Shown piece by piece: positions 15,079-24,782 of a stretch of 37,896 bases of DNA. The notes below the pieces were generated by a model. The model was not told where the DNA came from. It ran no database searches and saw nothing but the letters and a program-made list of their open reading frames with translations. Position 1 is the first letter of the stretch. Each line of letters begins with the position of its first letter. A program made the position numbers and the translations under genes. The DNA comes from a virus (lineage: Duplodnaviria; Caudoviricetes): positions 1 through 37,896 of IMG/VR virus record IMGVR_UViG_3300035491_000144; one strand, written 5' to 3'.

Positions 15079-15297
15079 TTACGCTGTGCGCCAGCGAACT
15101 TCAAACCTGCATGTGTGGGCGTCCGCATGGACGATTGCCATGCCGTGGGCGTGCGCCTCGCGCTGCAGATCGGCCGGCACCAGGCCGACCAGCGTGCCGT
15201 CCCTATGGATCGTGGGCATGTGCCATACCTTGTCGCTGACGTAGGCCGGTTCGCCGGCCTTTTCGAGTTGCTCTTTCAGCATGGGCCATATGTTCAC
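15079..15297 (-). CDS. Hypothetical protein (72 aa)
   Basis: GAGGAG RBS, GTG start, ends at the terminator. Confidence 0.6.
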   Translation of the reverse strand: MNIWPMLKEQLEKAGEPAYVSDKVWHMPTIHRDGTLVGLVPADLQREAHAHGMAIVHADAHTCRFEVRWRTA

Positions 15298-15372
15298 TCG
15301 GGCGCTCCTCGGGCTTTTCGGCTAGGTCTTCGCCGAACGGGAAGCAATCTAGCATGTTTCGTCGTTGCCAAT

Positions 15373-15603
15373 TCAGCGACGGTACCAGTTGAGCCGGTAG
15401 CACCTGGCGTCTGCCGGGATCTGCTGCGGTGGCCAGCGCAGGCAAGCCAGATACAAGCGGTCGGGCCGGCTGGGGCTCTGGCGGGTGTGTTGCACCAGGT
15501 AGGCGGAGCCGCCTGACGTGACGATTTAGTCGCCAGCGCTCAGGCCCTGGGCGCCGTCGATGTAGAGGTTGCACGGGGTGAAGGGCTCGCGCCGTCTGGC
15601 CAT
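15373..15603 (-). pseudogene. Small phage gene with an in-frame TAA at codon 26
   Basis: MARRREPFTPCNLYIDGAQGLSAGD*IVTSGGSAYLVQ...CLRWP...RCYRLNWYRR*; starts just after the D stop. Confidence 0.6.
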
Positions 15604-15606
15604 GGG

Positions 15607-16857
15607 TCACGCCTGCAGCCGCTGCGCTTCCCGCTTAACCGCCCGCTCTGCACTGGCCTTGCTGGCATAGAGGTGCGTCAGCCGCTTGGGGTTGGTCTGG
15701 TCCCCTTCGGTGACTTTCTTCTGCTCCCCGGTTTTCTCGTCGCGGTAGGTGGCCACTACGCCGGTGTATTGCTCGCTGGCGTCGCTGGTGAGTTCGTCAT
15801 CGTCTGGTAGTTGGCTGGTGAGTTCGAGGCTGGTGGTGTAGGCGTCAGGGGTGAAGCTGTGCTGGACGTTGCCGCCGAGCCAGACGATGGCGCTGATTTC
15901 CGCCTTGATGCCGGTGAGGCTGTAGGTGAGTTCGGGGATCAGCTCGGGGCGGCCCTTGGCGAGCACGTAGCTGAGGGTGGCGGTGCCGCGTTGCAGGCGT
16001 TGCCATTCCGCCCGGGCGGCGGCCAGGGCGCTGGCTTGGTCGGTGTAGGTGTGGCGCAACTCTTTGAGGTTGTCGCCGCTGCCTGCGATGGCCTCTTTCC
16101 GCTGCGCACTGTTGGTTTCGTAGTAGTAGGCCTTGGCGCCGGTGTAGGTGTCGCGGTTGGCGTCCAGGTAGCGGTGCTGGTCGCCATCTGCACGGGTGAG
16201 GCTGATATGCGGCAGCGGTAGGCCGCTGGCGGTGGTGGCGGCGCCGGTGGGCAGGAAGAGCAGGCGCCCGGCCTTCACGGATGCGATGGCGTCGTGTTCG
16301 CTGGCCAGGCGGGTGATGAGGTTGAGGTCGGATTCGCCGGCCTGGTCGATGTGCGGCAGGCCGATGGTGGACAGGGCGGCGTTGATCAGCGGTTGCAGGC
16401 CGTATTCGGTGGCGATGCTGGTGAGGATGGCGCCGAGGGTCTGGCTGTGCCAGCTGCGTTCGCGCTTCTTGGCCAGGCCTTCGCGCAGGTCGGCGCTGCG
16501 GGCGCGGATGTTGAGCACGTCGGGCGCGCCGCTGTGCTCGAGCTCGTCCACTGTGTAGTTGCCCTTGTCGATCAGCCCGGTGTCACTCCAGCCCAGCCAG
16601 AGCTGGATGGTGGCGCCCTTGGGCGGGATGGCGAGCAGGCCGTCGTGGTCGGACAGTTGAATATCGAGCTGGTCGGCCTCCATGCCTCGGTTGTCGGTGA
16701 GGTTGATGCTGACCAGGCGGGCGGTGATGTCGGCGGTGATGTCGCGGCCATCGACCACCAGGCGGCAGATGGGGTGAGGGTAGGCGAGGGCGGCGCTGGC
16801 CTGGCCGAGCTGGTCGCGCAGGATCTGCCCGGCGGCATTGCTGAGCTGGCCTATCAC
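15607..16857 (-). CDS. D: P2 gpD-family baseplate hub / late control D protein
   Basis: LTDNRGMEADQLDI, ESDLNLITRLA, position after U. Confidence 0.92.
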   Translation of the reverse strand: MIGQLSNAAGQILRDQLGQASAALAYPHPICRLVVDGRDITADITARLVSINLTDNRGMEADQLDIQLSDHDGLLAIPPKGATIQLWLGWSDTGLIDKGNYTVDELEHSGAPDVLNIRARSADLREGLAKKRERSWHSQTLGAILTSIATEYGLQPLINAALSTIGLPHIDQAGESDLNLITRLASEHDAIASVKAGRLLFLPTGAATTASGLPLPHISLTRADGDQHRYLDANRDTYTGAKAYYYETNSAQRKEAIAGSGDNLKELRHTYTDQASALAAARAEWQRLQRGTATLSYVLAKGRPELIPELTYSLTGIKAEISAIVWLGGNVQHSFTPDAYTTSLELTSQLPDDDELTSDASEQYTGVVATYRDEKTGEQKKVTEGDQTNPKRLTHLYASKASAERAVKREAQRLQA

Positions 16858-17294
16858 AGGATGCGCCTCAGGATGTCGCCGGCGGTGTTGGTGAGGCTGC
16901 CGAGCAGGTCGATGCGGCTGTCGTCTACACGCTTGAGCACGAGGTTGAACTCGATGCGGCGGGCGGCGCCGTCGCTGAAGAAGACGGTTTTGGTCTCGCT
17001 CAGGCTCTCGATGACGTAGATGCCGTAGATGCGCCCGGTGCCCTCGATCAGTGACCAGGCTTTGCCGGTGTCGGCCATGACGCGCAGGGTGTCGAGGCTG
17101 AGGGTACTGCCGGCGATTTCTGGCAGCAGCACGCCGGGCAGGGTGATGGTTTCGTCGCCCGGGCCGAGGTACTGGCGCGCCGGACGGGCGCCGATGCGGC
17201 TGGTGCTGCCGTGGCGCCAGTCGTTTTGGCGTTGGAACTCCTGGTAGGCGAGGGTGTGCATGCCGAACACGAACATGCCGAGGGCCATCATCAT
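16854..17294 (-). CDS. U: P2 gpU tail protein
   Basis: MMMALGMFVF...QYLGPGDETITLPG. Confidence 0.93.
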   Translation of the reverse strand: MMMALGMFVFGMHTLAYQEFQRQNDWRHGSTSRIGARPARQYLGPGDETITLPGVLLPEIAGSTLSLDTLRVMADTGKAWSLIEGTGRIYGIYVIESLSETKTVFFSDGAARRIEFNLVLKRVDDSRIDLLGSLTNTAGDILRRIL

Positions 17295-17300
17295 GTGGCG

Positions 17301-19853
17301 TTACTCCTGGTCGTACAGTGCCGAGCGCATGCGGGCAGCCTTGGCGCGCTCACGCTCGGTGAGCAACTGCTCGAGCATGCGGCGCATGCTGGCGATATCG
17401 CCGCCGCCCTCAATGGTGATGTGAATGGTGTCGCCCTCAATGGTGATGGGGCGCCCGGCGTTGCCACCTGCGCCGGCTGCGGCCAGCGGGGCGCGGGCGT
17501 CGAAGGCGACCTGGCCGCCGATGGTCTGGCTGCCGGCTGCCACCAGGTTGCTGCCAATTTGCTGCAGGGCGCTGAGCGGGCTGTTTTGCTCGGCCAGTAG
17601 GCCCTGGGCAAACCCCTGCATGGTGTAGCCGCCAAGGGCTGCAAATACGCGCGAGGGGCTGTGAATATCCAGTTTTTCTTTGAACCACTCGACGCTGCTG
17701 TCGGCGGCACCGACGACGCTGTCTTTCACGGCGCCGGCGGCGTTTTTGATGCCGTTGATCAGGCCTTGCATGATCATGCCGCCGAACTCGGTGAATTTGC
17801 CCGGTAGCTCGACGCCGAGGTAGCCCATGACGCCGGCAAAGGCGCGGTAGAACAGGCCAAGCGGGCTGAAGTTGGCGAGTGTTGTGGCGATGCCACTGAG
17901 CCCACCCGAGAGACCGGCTTTGATTTCGCCCCAGAGGCCCAGGAAAAAGCCCTTGATGGGTTCCCAGTTGCGGTAGATGAGGTAGGCGGCGCCGGCGATG
18001 GCGGCGACGGCAATGCCGATGGGGTTGGCGGTGAGGGCCAGGCTTATGGCGCGCAGGCCGGTGAGCACCAGGGGCAGGGCGCCCCTGCCGAGGCTGAGCA
18101 GGGTGGTGGCCAAGCCCGCTCCACGAATGCCGAACAGCATCATGCCGTAGCGCACCATGGCGAACGGGCCGAGGATGCTGGCCATGGCCAACGTGAGGCT
18201 GCCCATGCCGGCCATGACGATGCCGAGGCCGGCGGCGGTTTTGACCAGTTGGCTGGCCAGTTTGGGATTCTCTGCCACCCAGGTTTTCACGCTGCCGATG
18301 ACTTTGGTGATGCCTTGGGTGATGCCGCGCAGGGGGCCGTTTTGCTGGTCGCTGATCTGGATGCCCAGATCCTCCCAGGCGCTGCCGAGGGCCTTGAGGT
18401 CGCCGCGCAGGTTGTCACCCATGACGCGGGCGACCTCTTCGGCCTCGCCCTTGGTTTGGCGCAGGGTGCTGATGAACTTCTGCAGCTCGCCATTGCCGGC
18501 CTGCTGGGTGAGCACCTGCAGGGCGCTGAAGGCCTCTTCGCCGGCAATGGCTTTGAAGAAGCCGGCCTGTTCGGCGTTGCCCAGGTTTTTGGTTTTGTCG
18601 TAGAGCTCCGTGAGGATGTCTGGCATTGCGCGCATGTTGCCGCTGGCGTCGGCGGCTTTGATGCCCAGCTCTTCCAGGGCGTCTGCCGCCATTTTTGGCG
18701 GTTTGGCCAGGCGCCCGATGATGGCGCGCAGCGCGGTGCCGCCCATGCTGCCCTGGATGCCGGCGTCGCCCAACTTGCCGGCCATGGCGGCCATGGTCTC
18801 GATGTCTTGCCCAACGCCCGCCGCTACAGGCGCGACGTAGCTCATGGTTTCACCGAGCATTTGCAGGTTGGTGTTGGAGCGGGTGAAGGCGCCGACCAGC
18901 ACGTCGCCCACGCGGCCCATGTCGCCAGCCTGCAGGTTGAAGCCTGTGAGTATGTTTGACGCAATGTCAGCGGTGTCTGCCAGCTCACTGTCACCGGCCT
19001 TGGCCAGGGCGAGCATGCCGGGCATGGCGGCGCGGATGGCCTGCGGGTTGAAGCCGGCCATGGCCAGGAAGCCTTGGGCGTCTGCGGCGTTGCCGGCGGT
19101 GAACTGGGTACTGGCGCCGAGCTGGCGGGCTTGCTCACGCAGGGCGGCCAGCTCGGGGCTGTCGCCGCTGAGGCGGGTGAGCGCCTGCACTTTGCTCATG
19201 CTGGCGTCGAAGTCCAGCCCTGGGGCGAGCATGCGCGCACCGGCGTAGAGGATGCCGCTACCGGTGGCCAGGCCCCCTGCGCCGGATGCGGCCATGCTGC
19301 CGGCCAGGCCTTGGGTTTGGTCGTACTGCTGTTTGGCCCGGCTCAGGCGCTGCTGCTGGGCGGTGAGGCGCTTGAGGCGCGCTTCCTGCTGCGCCATGGC
19401 CTGGTTGGTGGCGGTGACCTTGGCCTTGAGGTCGCGCTCATGCTGGCCCAGGTTGCGGGTGCTGATGCCGGCGGCGTTGAGTTTGCCGCGCAGGCCTTGC
19501 AACTCGGTCTGTTGCTTGCTGTGGGCGGCCTTGAGGGCGGTAGCCTCGCGGATGGCGCGCTGGTACTGCTGGTTGAGCGCCTTGGTTGGCGCCCCTGCTG
19601 CACCGATCTCACGGGCGAGCTGACGCACCTTGTCACGGCTGGCCTGCATGGCCTTGCCGGTTTGCTCGGTTTGACCCTTCAGCGCGCGAAAGCTGCTGAT
19701 GTCACTCTGCTGAGCCTGCAGGGCTTTGAGCTCGGTGCGGCTGGCCTTGAGGTCACGGCCCAGGCCAATGGCGCTGCGGCCGGCCTCGCGGAAGGGCTTG
19801 CTGGCGCGGTCAAGCCCTTGCAGTACCACCTGTAGTTTTAGATCGCGCGCCAT
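17301..19853 (-). CDS. T: Tail tape measure protein (850 aa)
   Basis: Ala/Gly-rich helical protein, TP901-type core FDASMSKVQAL...LAMAGF. Confidence 0.95.
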   Translation of the reverse strand: MARDLKLQVVLQGLDRASKPFREAGRSAIGLGRDLKASRTELKALQAQQSDISSFRALKGQTEQTGKAMQASRDKVRQLAREIGAAGAPTKALNQQYQRAIREATALKAAHSKQQTELQGLRGKLNAAGISTRNLGQHERDLKAKVTATNQAMAQQEARLKRLTAQQQRLSRAKQQYDQTQGLAGSMAASGAGGLATGSGILYAGARMLAPGLDFDASMSKVQALTRLSGDSPELAALREQARQLGASTQFTAGNAADAQGFLAMAGFNPQAIRAAMPGMLALAKAGDSELADTADIASNILTGFNLQAGDMGRVGDVLVGAFTRSNTNLQMLGETMSYVAPVAAGVGQDIETMAAMAGKLGDAGIQGSMGGTALRAIIGRLAKPPKMAADALEELGIKAADASGNMRAMPDILTELYDKTKNLGNAEQAGFFKAIAGEEAFSALQVLTQQAGNGELQKFISTLRQTKGEAEEVARVMGDNLRGDLKALGSAWEDLGIQISDQQNGPLRGITQGITKVIGSVKTWVAENPKLASQLVKTAAGLGIVMAGMGSLTLAMASILGPFAMVRYGMMLFGIRGAGLATTLLSLGRGALPLVLTGLRAISLALTANPIGIAVAAIAGAAYLIYRNWEPIKGFFLGLWGEIKAGLSGGLSGIATTLANFSPLGLFYRAFAGVMGYLGVELPGKFTEFGGMIMQGLINGIKNAAGAVKDSVVGAADSSVEWFKEKLDIHSPSRVFAALGGYTMQGFAQGLLAEQNSPLSALQQIGSNLVAAGSQTIGGQVAFDARAPLAAAGAGGNAGRPITIEGDTIHITIEGGGDIASMRRMLEQLLTERERAKAARMRSALYDQE

Positions 19854-19965
19854 GCTGCAGCTCCCATCGTTCTCGTGCGCGCTCGCGCCATTCCATCAGT
19901 TCCGCCAGGGGCATGGCGTTCATTTGCTCCGGCCCCCAGTGGAAGACCATGGCGATGTCTGCCAT
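19810..19965 (-). CDS. gpE' segment (frameshift extension of gpE)
   Basis: MADIAMVFHWGP..M..M.L.ELMEWRERA motif in the -1 frame of E. Confidence 0.85.
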   Translation of the reverse strand: MADIAMVFHWGPEQMNAMPLAELMEWRERARERWELQHGARSKTTGGTARA

Positions 19966-19976
19966 GGCGTCGTCGA

Positions 19977-20285
19977 CTATTCGGGGGATGCCTCTTCCGT
20001 CGGCTTCTGCGGCGGCGTCTGCAAGAAAACGGCGATTTGATCCGCGCAGGCGGTGAGGTCGTAGACGTCCATCGCGGCGACTTCTTGCTCGACCAGCGTG
20101 GGTTGGCTGATGCGGGGCAGCAGGCGGGTGACGGCGTTGACGTCGCCTTGCACCAGGTCGGCGAGCTTGAGGCCACGCAGCTCGCCCGAGCCGGGGCGGC
20201 GCAGGGTGATGCTGGTGATCGGGGTCTTGCCGCTGCCGAGGGGCGTGGACAGCTTGATCGGGTCGCTGTAGATGGGTTGGGACAT
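19977..20285 (-). CDS. E: Tail assembly chaperone gpE
   Basis: ITLRRPGSGELRGLKL...LLPRISQPTL. Confidence 0.9.
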   Translation of the reverse strand: MSQPIYSDPIKLSTPLGSGKTPITSITLRRPGSGELRGLKLADLVQGDVNAVTRLLPRISQPTLVEQEVAAMDVYDLTACADQIAVFLQTPPQKPTEEASPE

Positions 20286-20363
20286 GGGGTGGCTCCTTCG
20301 CTGCTAGGTGCTGGCCAGCGGCGCAGGTGCGCCGAGGCCAGCTTCGGGGGTGGGTTATGCGGG

Positions 20364-20879
20364 TTACAGGCCGATGGCGCTGCGTTGTTCTTCGAGGATG
20401 TCGACGCCGTTGACCTTGAAGATCATGCCGAGGAGGTCGATTTCGATTTCTTCGTTACCGTCGACGATGAGCTTGTAGTAGGTGCAGACGGTGGTGATGG
20501 TGTGCTCGGTGTCTTCGCCGGCTTCGGCGTCGCCGAAGCTGTAGGTTTCATGCCGGCCACGGGCGATGACTTCGACCTTGGTGACGACGCCGGTGTCGTC
20601 TTGCTGGTAGGCGCCGGCCCAGCGCAGGGCTACGCCGCTGGCGTTGGTGGTGCCGTACTGGCGCAGGCTGATGAGATCCAGCCCGCCGACCGTCCATTCG
20701 ATCTTGAGGCCGTCGTCGCCCATGCCGAGGTCGGCGCCGACGGCGCCATCCATGCCGGCGCCGCGCCACATTTCCAGCTTGCGGGTGAGGTCGGGCAGGG
20801 TGACGGTCTTGGCCACGCCCTGGTAGCTGTTGGCATCGTTGAAGACGTTCTGATTCTTGAGTTTGCGGGGCATGGCCAT
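20364..20879 (-). CDS. FII: Tail tube protein FII
   Basis: MAMPRKLK...YYKLIVDG..IEIDLL..VNGVD. Confidence 0.95.
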   Translation of the reverse strand: MAMPRKLKNQNVFNDANSYQGVAKTVTLPDLTRKLEMWRGAGMDGAVGADLGMGDDGLKIEWTVGGLDLISLRQYGTTNASGVALRWAGAYQQDDTGVVTKVEVIARGRHETYSFGDAEAGEDTEHTITTVCTYYKLIVDGNEEIEIDLLGMIFKVNGVDILEEQRSAIGL

Positions 20880-20909
20880 GGTCAGGCGCTCCTATGCAGT
20901 GGTGGCCGA

Positions 20910-22100
20910 TCAGGCGTTGATGCGCGATGCAAAGTCGAGCAGGTATTGGTCGGTGATGCGCTGGCGGAACATGAGGTTCTCCAGCGGCGGCACGGGTGTG
21001 TAGTCGTAGTCGAGGGTGAGCTTGCCGTCCTTGAGGGTGGTGGCCTCGTTGGCGGCTTCGTCGTACCAGCACTGGCCGTCGATGATGTAGCCGGCGTTCT
21101 TGAGTTCGCGGAACTTGGCGTTGACGCCTTCGACGATGTCGCGCACCAGCGAGGGATGCATGGGTTTGTCCACGGCCCACATGTGCGCCTCGGCGATGGT
21201 GTCGGCCAGCACCTGGGCGGTGCGGGTGTAGTTCTCGAAGCAGAACAGCGGGTCATCGCTGCAGGTGCGCGAGCCCCAGAAGCGGAAGCCGCCCTCGCGG
21301 ATGAGGGTGGTGACTTCGTTTTCGTTGAGGTAGCCGGCGTCGGTGGTGGGGTTCTGCAGATCCCAGAACACGGCTTTGCTGATGCCGGTGACGCCGTTGA
21401 CGGCGATGTTGGAGAGGGTTTTGTGCCAGCCCACTTGTTCGTCCAGCTTGGCGCGCAGGCCGAGGGCGCGGGCGACGGCGGAGGCGGTGACGGTGGCGCT
21501 CTGGGTGGTGCTCCACTCTTGAAAATCCGGCCAGATGACCATGACTTCACGGGCGCCGAAGTTGTCGCGGTAGGCGACGGCTTCTTCCTTGGTGGCGCAG
21601 CCCCAGGCGGAGACGTAGGCGAAGGCGCGCAGGCTCTGGGCCACGCTGATGAGTTCCTGCGCGACGGGCAGGGCATCGAGCCCCGGCACGCCAAGGATGC
21701 GCGGGGTAACGCCGAGCAGCGACTTGGCGCGCAGCAGGGCTTTGAGCCCGGTGTACTGACCATCGGCGCGGACGGTGCCGATGACTTTGCTGATCTGGTC
21801 GGCCTGCTTGGCTTCTTCGGTTTCGCCCACGCCATCGGCTACGCGCACGACGACGGTAACAGGGCTGGCGTTGTCGGCGATGGCATCCAGCGCGGCAGCC
21901 AGGGTGCCTTGGGTGCCGGCCTTGCCGATGGCGGTGAGCACGTCGGTGAGCAGCACGGGGGTGTTGAGCGGGAAGGCATCGGCATCGGCATCGGAGGCGG
22001 TGGCGACCAGGCCAATCACGGCAGTGGCGATGGTGCGAATGGGGCGGGTGCCCTCGTTGATTTCGATGACGCGGACGCCGTGGTGGTAGTCGGTGGCCAT
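20910..22100 (-). CDS. FI: Tail sheath protein FI
   Basis: YHHGVRVIEINEG...GFRFWGSRTCS..FENYTRTAQV. Confidence 0.97.
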   Translation of the reverse strand: MATDYHHGVRVIEINEGTRPIRTIATAVIGLVATASDADADAFPLNTPVLLTDVLTAIGKAGTQGTLAAALDAIADNASPVTVVVRVADGVGETEEAKQADQISKVIGTVRADGQYTGLKALLRAKSLLGVTPRILGVPGLDALPVAQELISVAQSLRAFAYVSAWGCATKEEAVAYRDNFGAREVMVIWPDFQEWSTTQSATVTASAVARALGLRAKLDEQVGWHKTLSNIAVNGVTGISKAVFWDLQNPTTDAGYLNENEVTTLIREGGFRFWGSRTCSDDPLFCFENYTRTAQVLADTIAEAHMWAVDKPMHPSLVRDIVEGVNAKFRELKNAGYIIDGQCWYDEAANEATTLKDGKLTLDYDYTPVPPLENLMFRQRITDQYLLDFASRINA

Positions 22101-22140
22101 GGGCTGCAGCTCCTGGGCTTGCGGTGATCCAGTGAGCCTT

Positions 22141-22200
22141 GATGCTGCCGCGCGCGCGGGCAGGCCGCACGCGGCGGGCGGCGTAGCGGGGGGCGGTACG
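22141..22200 (-). promoter_or_regulatory. Late promoter for the FI operon with a putative Ogr site
   Basis: GCGGGGGGCGGTACG motif shared with the V and O/P upstream regions; CGCGCGCGGCAGCATC downstream block. Confidence 0.65.
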
Positions 22201-22209
22201 GTGTGAGGT

Positions 22210-22235
22210 AAAAAGAGCCCCGCACGGGGCGGGGC
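22210..22235 (-). terminator. Terminator ending the baseplate/fibre operon
   Basis: GCCCCGC stem followed by TCTTTTT on the minus strand. Confidence 0.7.
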
Positions 22236-22258
22236 AAGGGGTGCAGCAGGCGTGAGGC

Positions 22259-22837
22259 TTAGGCGTTGTTGCCGATGCCGGCGACGGCGGCTTCGATGGT
22301 GGCGATGGTCTGGTTGGTGAGCTGCTGGGCTTGCTCGACTTCGCCGGCTGCCATGAGGGTGCGGATTTGCTCTTTGGCGGCCAGGCGGGTGGTGCGCAGC
22401 AGCTCCAGGGCGTTGGTGTAGGCAGCGGCCTCGGCGAGGATGCTGTCTGCCGCCTGCTGCGACGTGCGCCCGTTGATGGCCCAGGCGGCGACCATGGCGG
22501 GTACTGCGCCGTCATAGCCAGCAGCGGCGAACTGTTCGGCAGCCAGGCGGGCGCGGTCGTATTCGACAGCGCGCAGGGGGTCGCCTGCCACGGCGCGGCG
22601 GGCGGCGTCTGCGGCGGTGTCGATGCGTTGGCAGAGTTCGTCGACGGTCGGCACGTATACCGGTGGGTCGATGAGGATCGGCAGACCATCGGCGTCGTGT
22701 GAGCGCACCTTCCCTGGAGGCGGGTTCCCAATCACTGACTCGTAACGGGCATCCGGTATCACAACTGCATCGGGCGGCATGGAGGTGTGAACCCCTTGCA
22801 GATAGCAGCAACCAGTGGTTTTGCTGTAATAGCGCAT
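22259..22837 (-). CDS. Tail fibre assembly-like protein
   Basis: YYSKTT..YL..VH..MPPDAV...DGLPILIDPP; directly after the fibre gene. Confidence 0.75.
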   Translation of the reverse strand: MRYYSKTTGCCYLQGVHTSMPPDAVVIPDARYESVIGNPPPGKVRSHDADGLPILIDPPVYVPTVDELCQRIDTAADAARRAVAGDPLRAVEYDRARLAAEQFAAAGYDGAVPAMVAAWAINGRTSQQAADSILAEAAAYTNALELLRTTRLAAKEQIRTLMAAGEVEQAQQLTNQTIATIEAAVAGIGNNA

Positions 22838-22840
22838 GCG

Positions 22841-24169
22841 TTATTTCCCTAAGCAAATGAAGGTGTAACCCACGACTCCAGCCGGCACAGTGAGCGCGCC
22901 GCCAGAGACAGTTCGAGCGTTAATGGTGATCCCTGTAGTCGAGGCGCCTTGCCCTGTGACAATCACACCGGCAGCGGATGTTCCGATTGAATACGCGACT
23001 AAACTCGTTGTGAATTCGATGGCCAAGGTTACAGACGTCTTGCCTTCGCCAGCATTGATCTGGCCGTTGGCCCACTGAATGATTAACCCTCCTAGCCAGG
23101 TGGGAAATACAAAATACCCACGTGAGACAAATGAGAAGGCGAAGCCCCAGCGCATTTTCTTCGGCGTCACCGCCACGTCATCCAGCGCCCCCGCGTTTAC
23201 CTCTGCCTGAGTGGCCACACGCAACACGCCGCGTAGAAGCTCGGTGGCCGCTGCTGCTGCCGAACGTATCGCCTGGACGACTCGCAATGCGGTCATCCGG
23301 CGGGTGTTGTTGGTGCCAGTCTCGGCGTCTAACTGGGTGGCATTGAGCGCGGCGGTCAGCTCGAAGGTGAGCGCGGTGTTGCCGAGGGTGATGGGGGCGT
23401 TGGTGGTGAGCTCCCAGATGGTGTCGTCATTGACCACGCCTTGCTCTACAGGCACGGTCATGCCGGGCGTTACCTTGGCGCTAGTGTCGGCATCCGCTGC
23501 GCGCACCCAGGCACCTGCGGCGACGATGTAGATGCCGTTTTGGCTGGCGGTGTTCTGGTTCTTGACCAGGACGCGGTCATCAGCGACCAGCGCCACGCCG
23601 TCGATGTTCTGCAGGCCGGACAGAGCGGCGAGGTTTGCAGTGGTCGCTACTTTGACGCTGGCCTTGGCGTCGAGTCGGGCCAGTGCTTCGGCGACGACCA
23701 GGTCGCAGTAGGCGCGGGTGGCGAGCACCACCGAGGGGTCGATCTTGAGTTGGATGTTTTGCGTGCTGCTCACCAGCAGGTTAAGGCGTACAACCTGGGT
23801 GCGGCCGCTACCCTGGGCAAGCTGCGGTTTGAACGTCGGTGGGCAGTTGGCCACGGCCACCAGATCGCCGTACTCGTCGTAGAGGCCAATCTCACGAATC
23901 CACCAGCCGCCTTCGTCTTCGGGGATGACCTGCTCGGCGATGATGATTGAGGCGTTGTTCGGGTCGATCTTGAGTTGGTTGAGCGGCTTGCGGCGGCGCT
24001 CGCTGATGAGGGCCGTTTGCAAGCGATCCGGCATGGGTTCTGCACCGTTGGCGTCGCCTACGCCTAGCTGGGTGATGTTCCAGGCGATGCCGAGCGCCTG
24101 GGCATTTGCCAGCCGTGCCTCACCCACTGCGGTGAGGATGGCCATGTATTGCGAGTTCTGGTCTGCCAT
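22841..24169 (-). CDS. H: Tail fibre protein H (442 aa)
   Basis: P2-H N-terminal collar ([22 protein letters not shown]), ATQAE repeats, C-terminal GGLIIQW module. Confidence 0.9.
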   Translation of the reverse strand: MADQNSQYMAILTAVGEARLANAQALGIAWNITQLGVGDANGAEPMPDRLQTALISERRRKPLNQLKIDPNNASIIIAEQVIPEDEGGWWIREIGLYDEYGDLVAVANCPPTFKPQLAQGSGRTQVVRLNLLVSSTQNIQLKIDPSVVLATRAYCDLVVAEALARLDAKASVKVATTANLAALSGLQNIDGVALVADDRVLVKNQNTASQNGIYIVAAGAWVRAADADTSAKVTPGMTVPVEQGVVNDDTIWELTTNAPITLGNTALTFELTAALNATQLDAETGTNNTRRMTALRVVQAIRSAAAAATELLRGVLRVATQAEVNAGALDDVAVTPKKMRWGFAFSFVSRGYFVFPTWLGGLIIQWANGQINAGEGKTSVTLAIEFTTSLVAYSIGTSAAGVIVTGQGASTTGITINARTVSGGALTVPAGVVGYTFICLGK

Positions 24170-24170
24170 T

Positions 24171-24782
24171 TCAGTGGATGTCCATTGTGTCGATGACGTG
24201 TTCGCGCATGCCCCAGGCCAGCGTGCCGCCGACCTCGATATCACGCTGTGCGGGTGGGTAGATGTCGAGTTCGTCGCCCGTGGTAAGGGCGGCACCAATG
24301 TGCTCGGTACCCTTGATGTCCAGGCTGATAGCCAGGCCCACCAGGTGGCGGCTGACTGGCTTGGCGTCGTCTATGAGCCAGGTCAGTTCTGCGTACATTT
24401 CTTCGGTGATGCCGGTGTCGAGCACGCCGACAAGCAGGCGGAAGGTGCCGGGTACGCCGAGCGGTACTTCCTGCCACCACTCACGCACCTCGATTAGGTA
24501 CCCCAGCGGCTCGACCACGCGACGCAGGGCGCCGATGGTGCCCTTGTGCGCGTGGATGAAGTAGGCGGCGCGGATGGCAGCACGCTTGGCGCTCTCGGGC
24601 CAGGCCGGCGACCAGCGATCAACGGAGAACGCCCAGGCCAGGTAGGGCAGCAGCTCGACGGGGCAGGTGTCGGGGTTACAGAGGTCGCGTAGCGGAATCG
24701 GCACGCGCTCGATCTGCGCCAGAGCCTGGGCGGCGTTGCCCTCCAGTTCGGTGGCGTTGCCGGGCAGCAGGCTTGTGGTCAT
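24171..24782 (-). CDS. I: Baseplate protein gpI
   Basis: [14 protein letters not shown]...[16 protein letters not shown]. Confidence 0.95.
   Translation of the reverse strand: MTTSLLPGNATELEGNAAQALAQIERVPIPLRDLCNPDTCPVELLPYLAWAFSVDRWSPAWPESAKRAAIRAAYFIHAHKGTIGALRRVVEPLGYLIEVREWWQEVPLGVPGTFRLLVGVLDTGITEEMYAELTWLIDDAKPVSRHLVGLAISLDIKGTEHIGAALTTGDELDIYPPAQRDIEVGGTLAWGMREHVIDTMDIH

Noticed and set aside
22259-24169. Invertible tail-fibre cassette or diversity-generating retroelement
   Set aside because: No invertase, no inverted alternative tip, no reverse transcriptase and no TR/VR pair seen.
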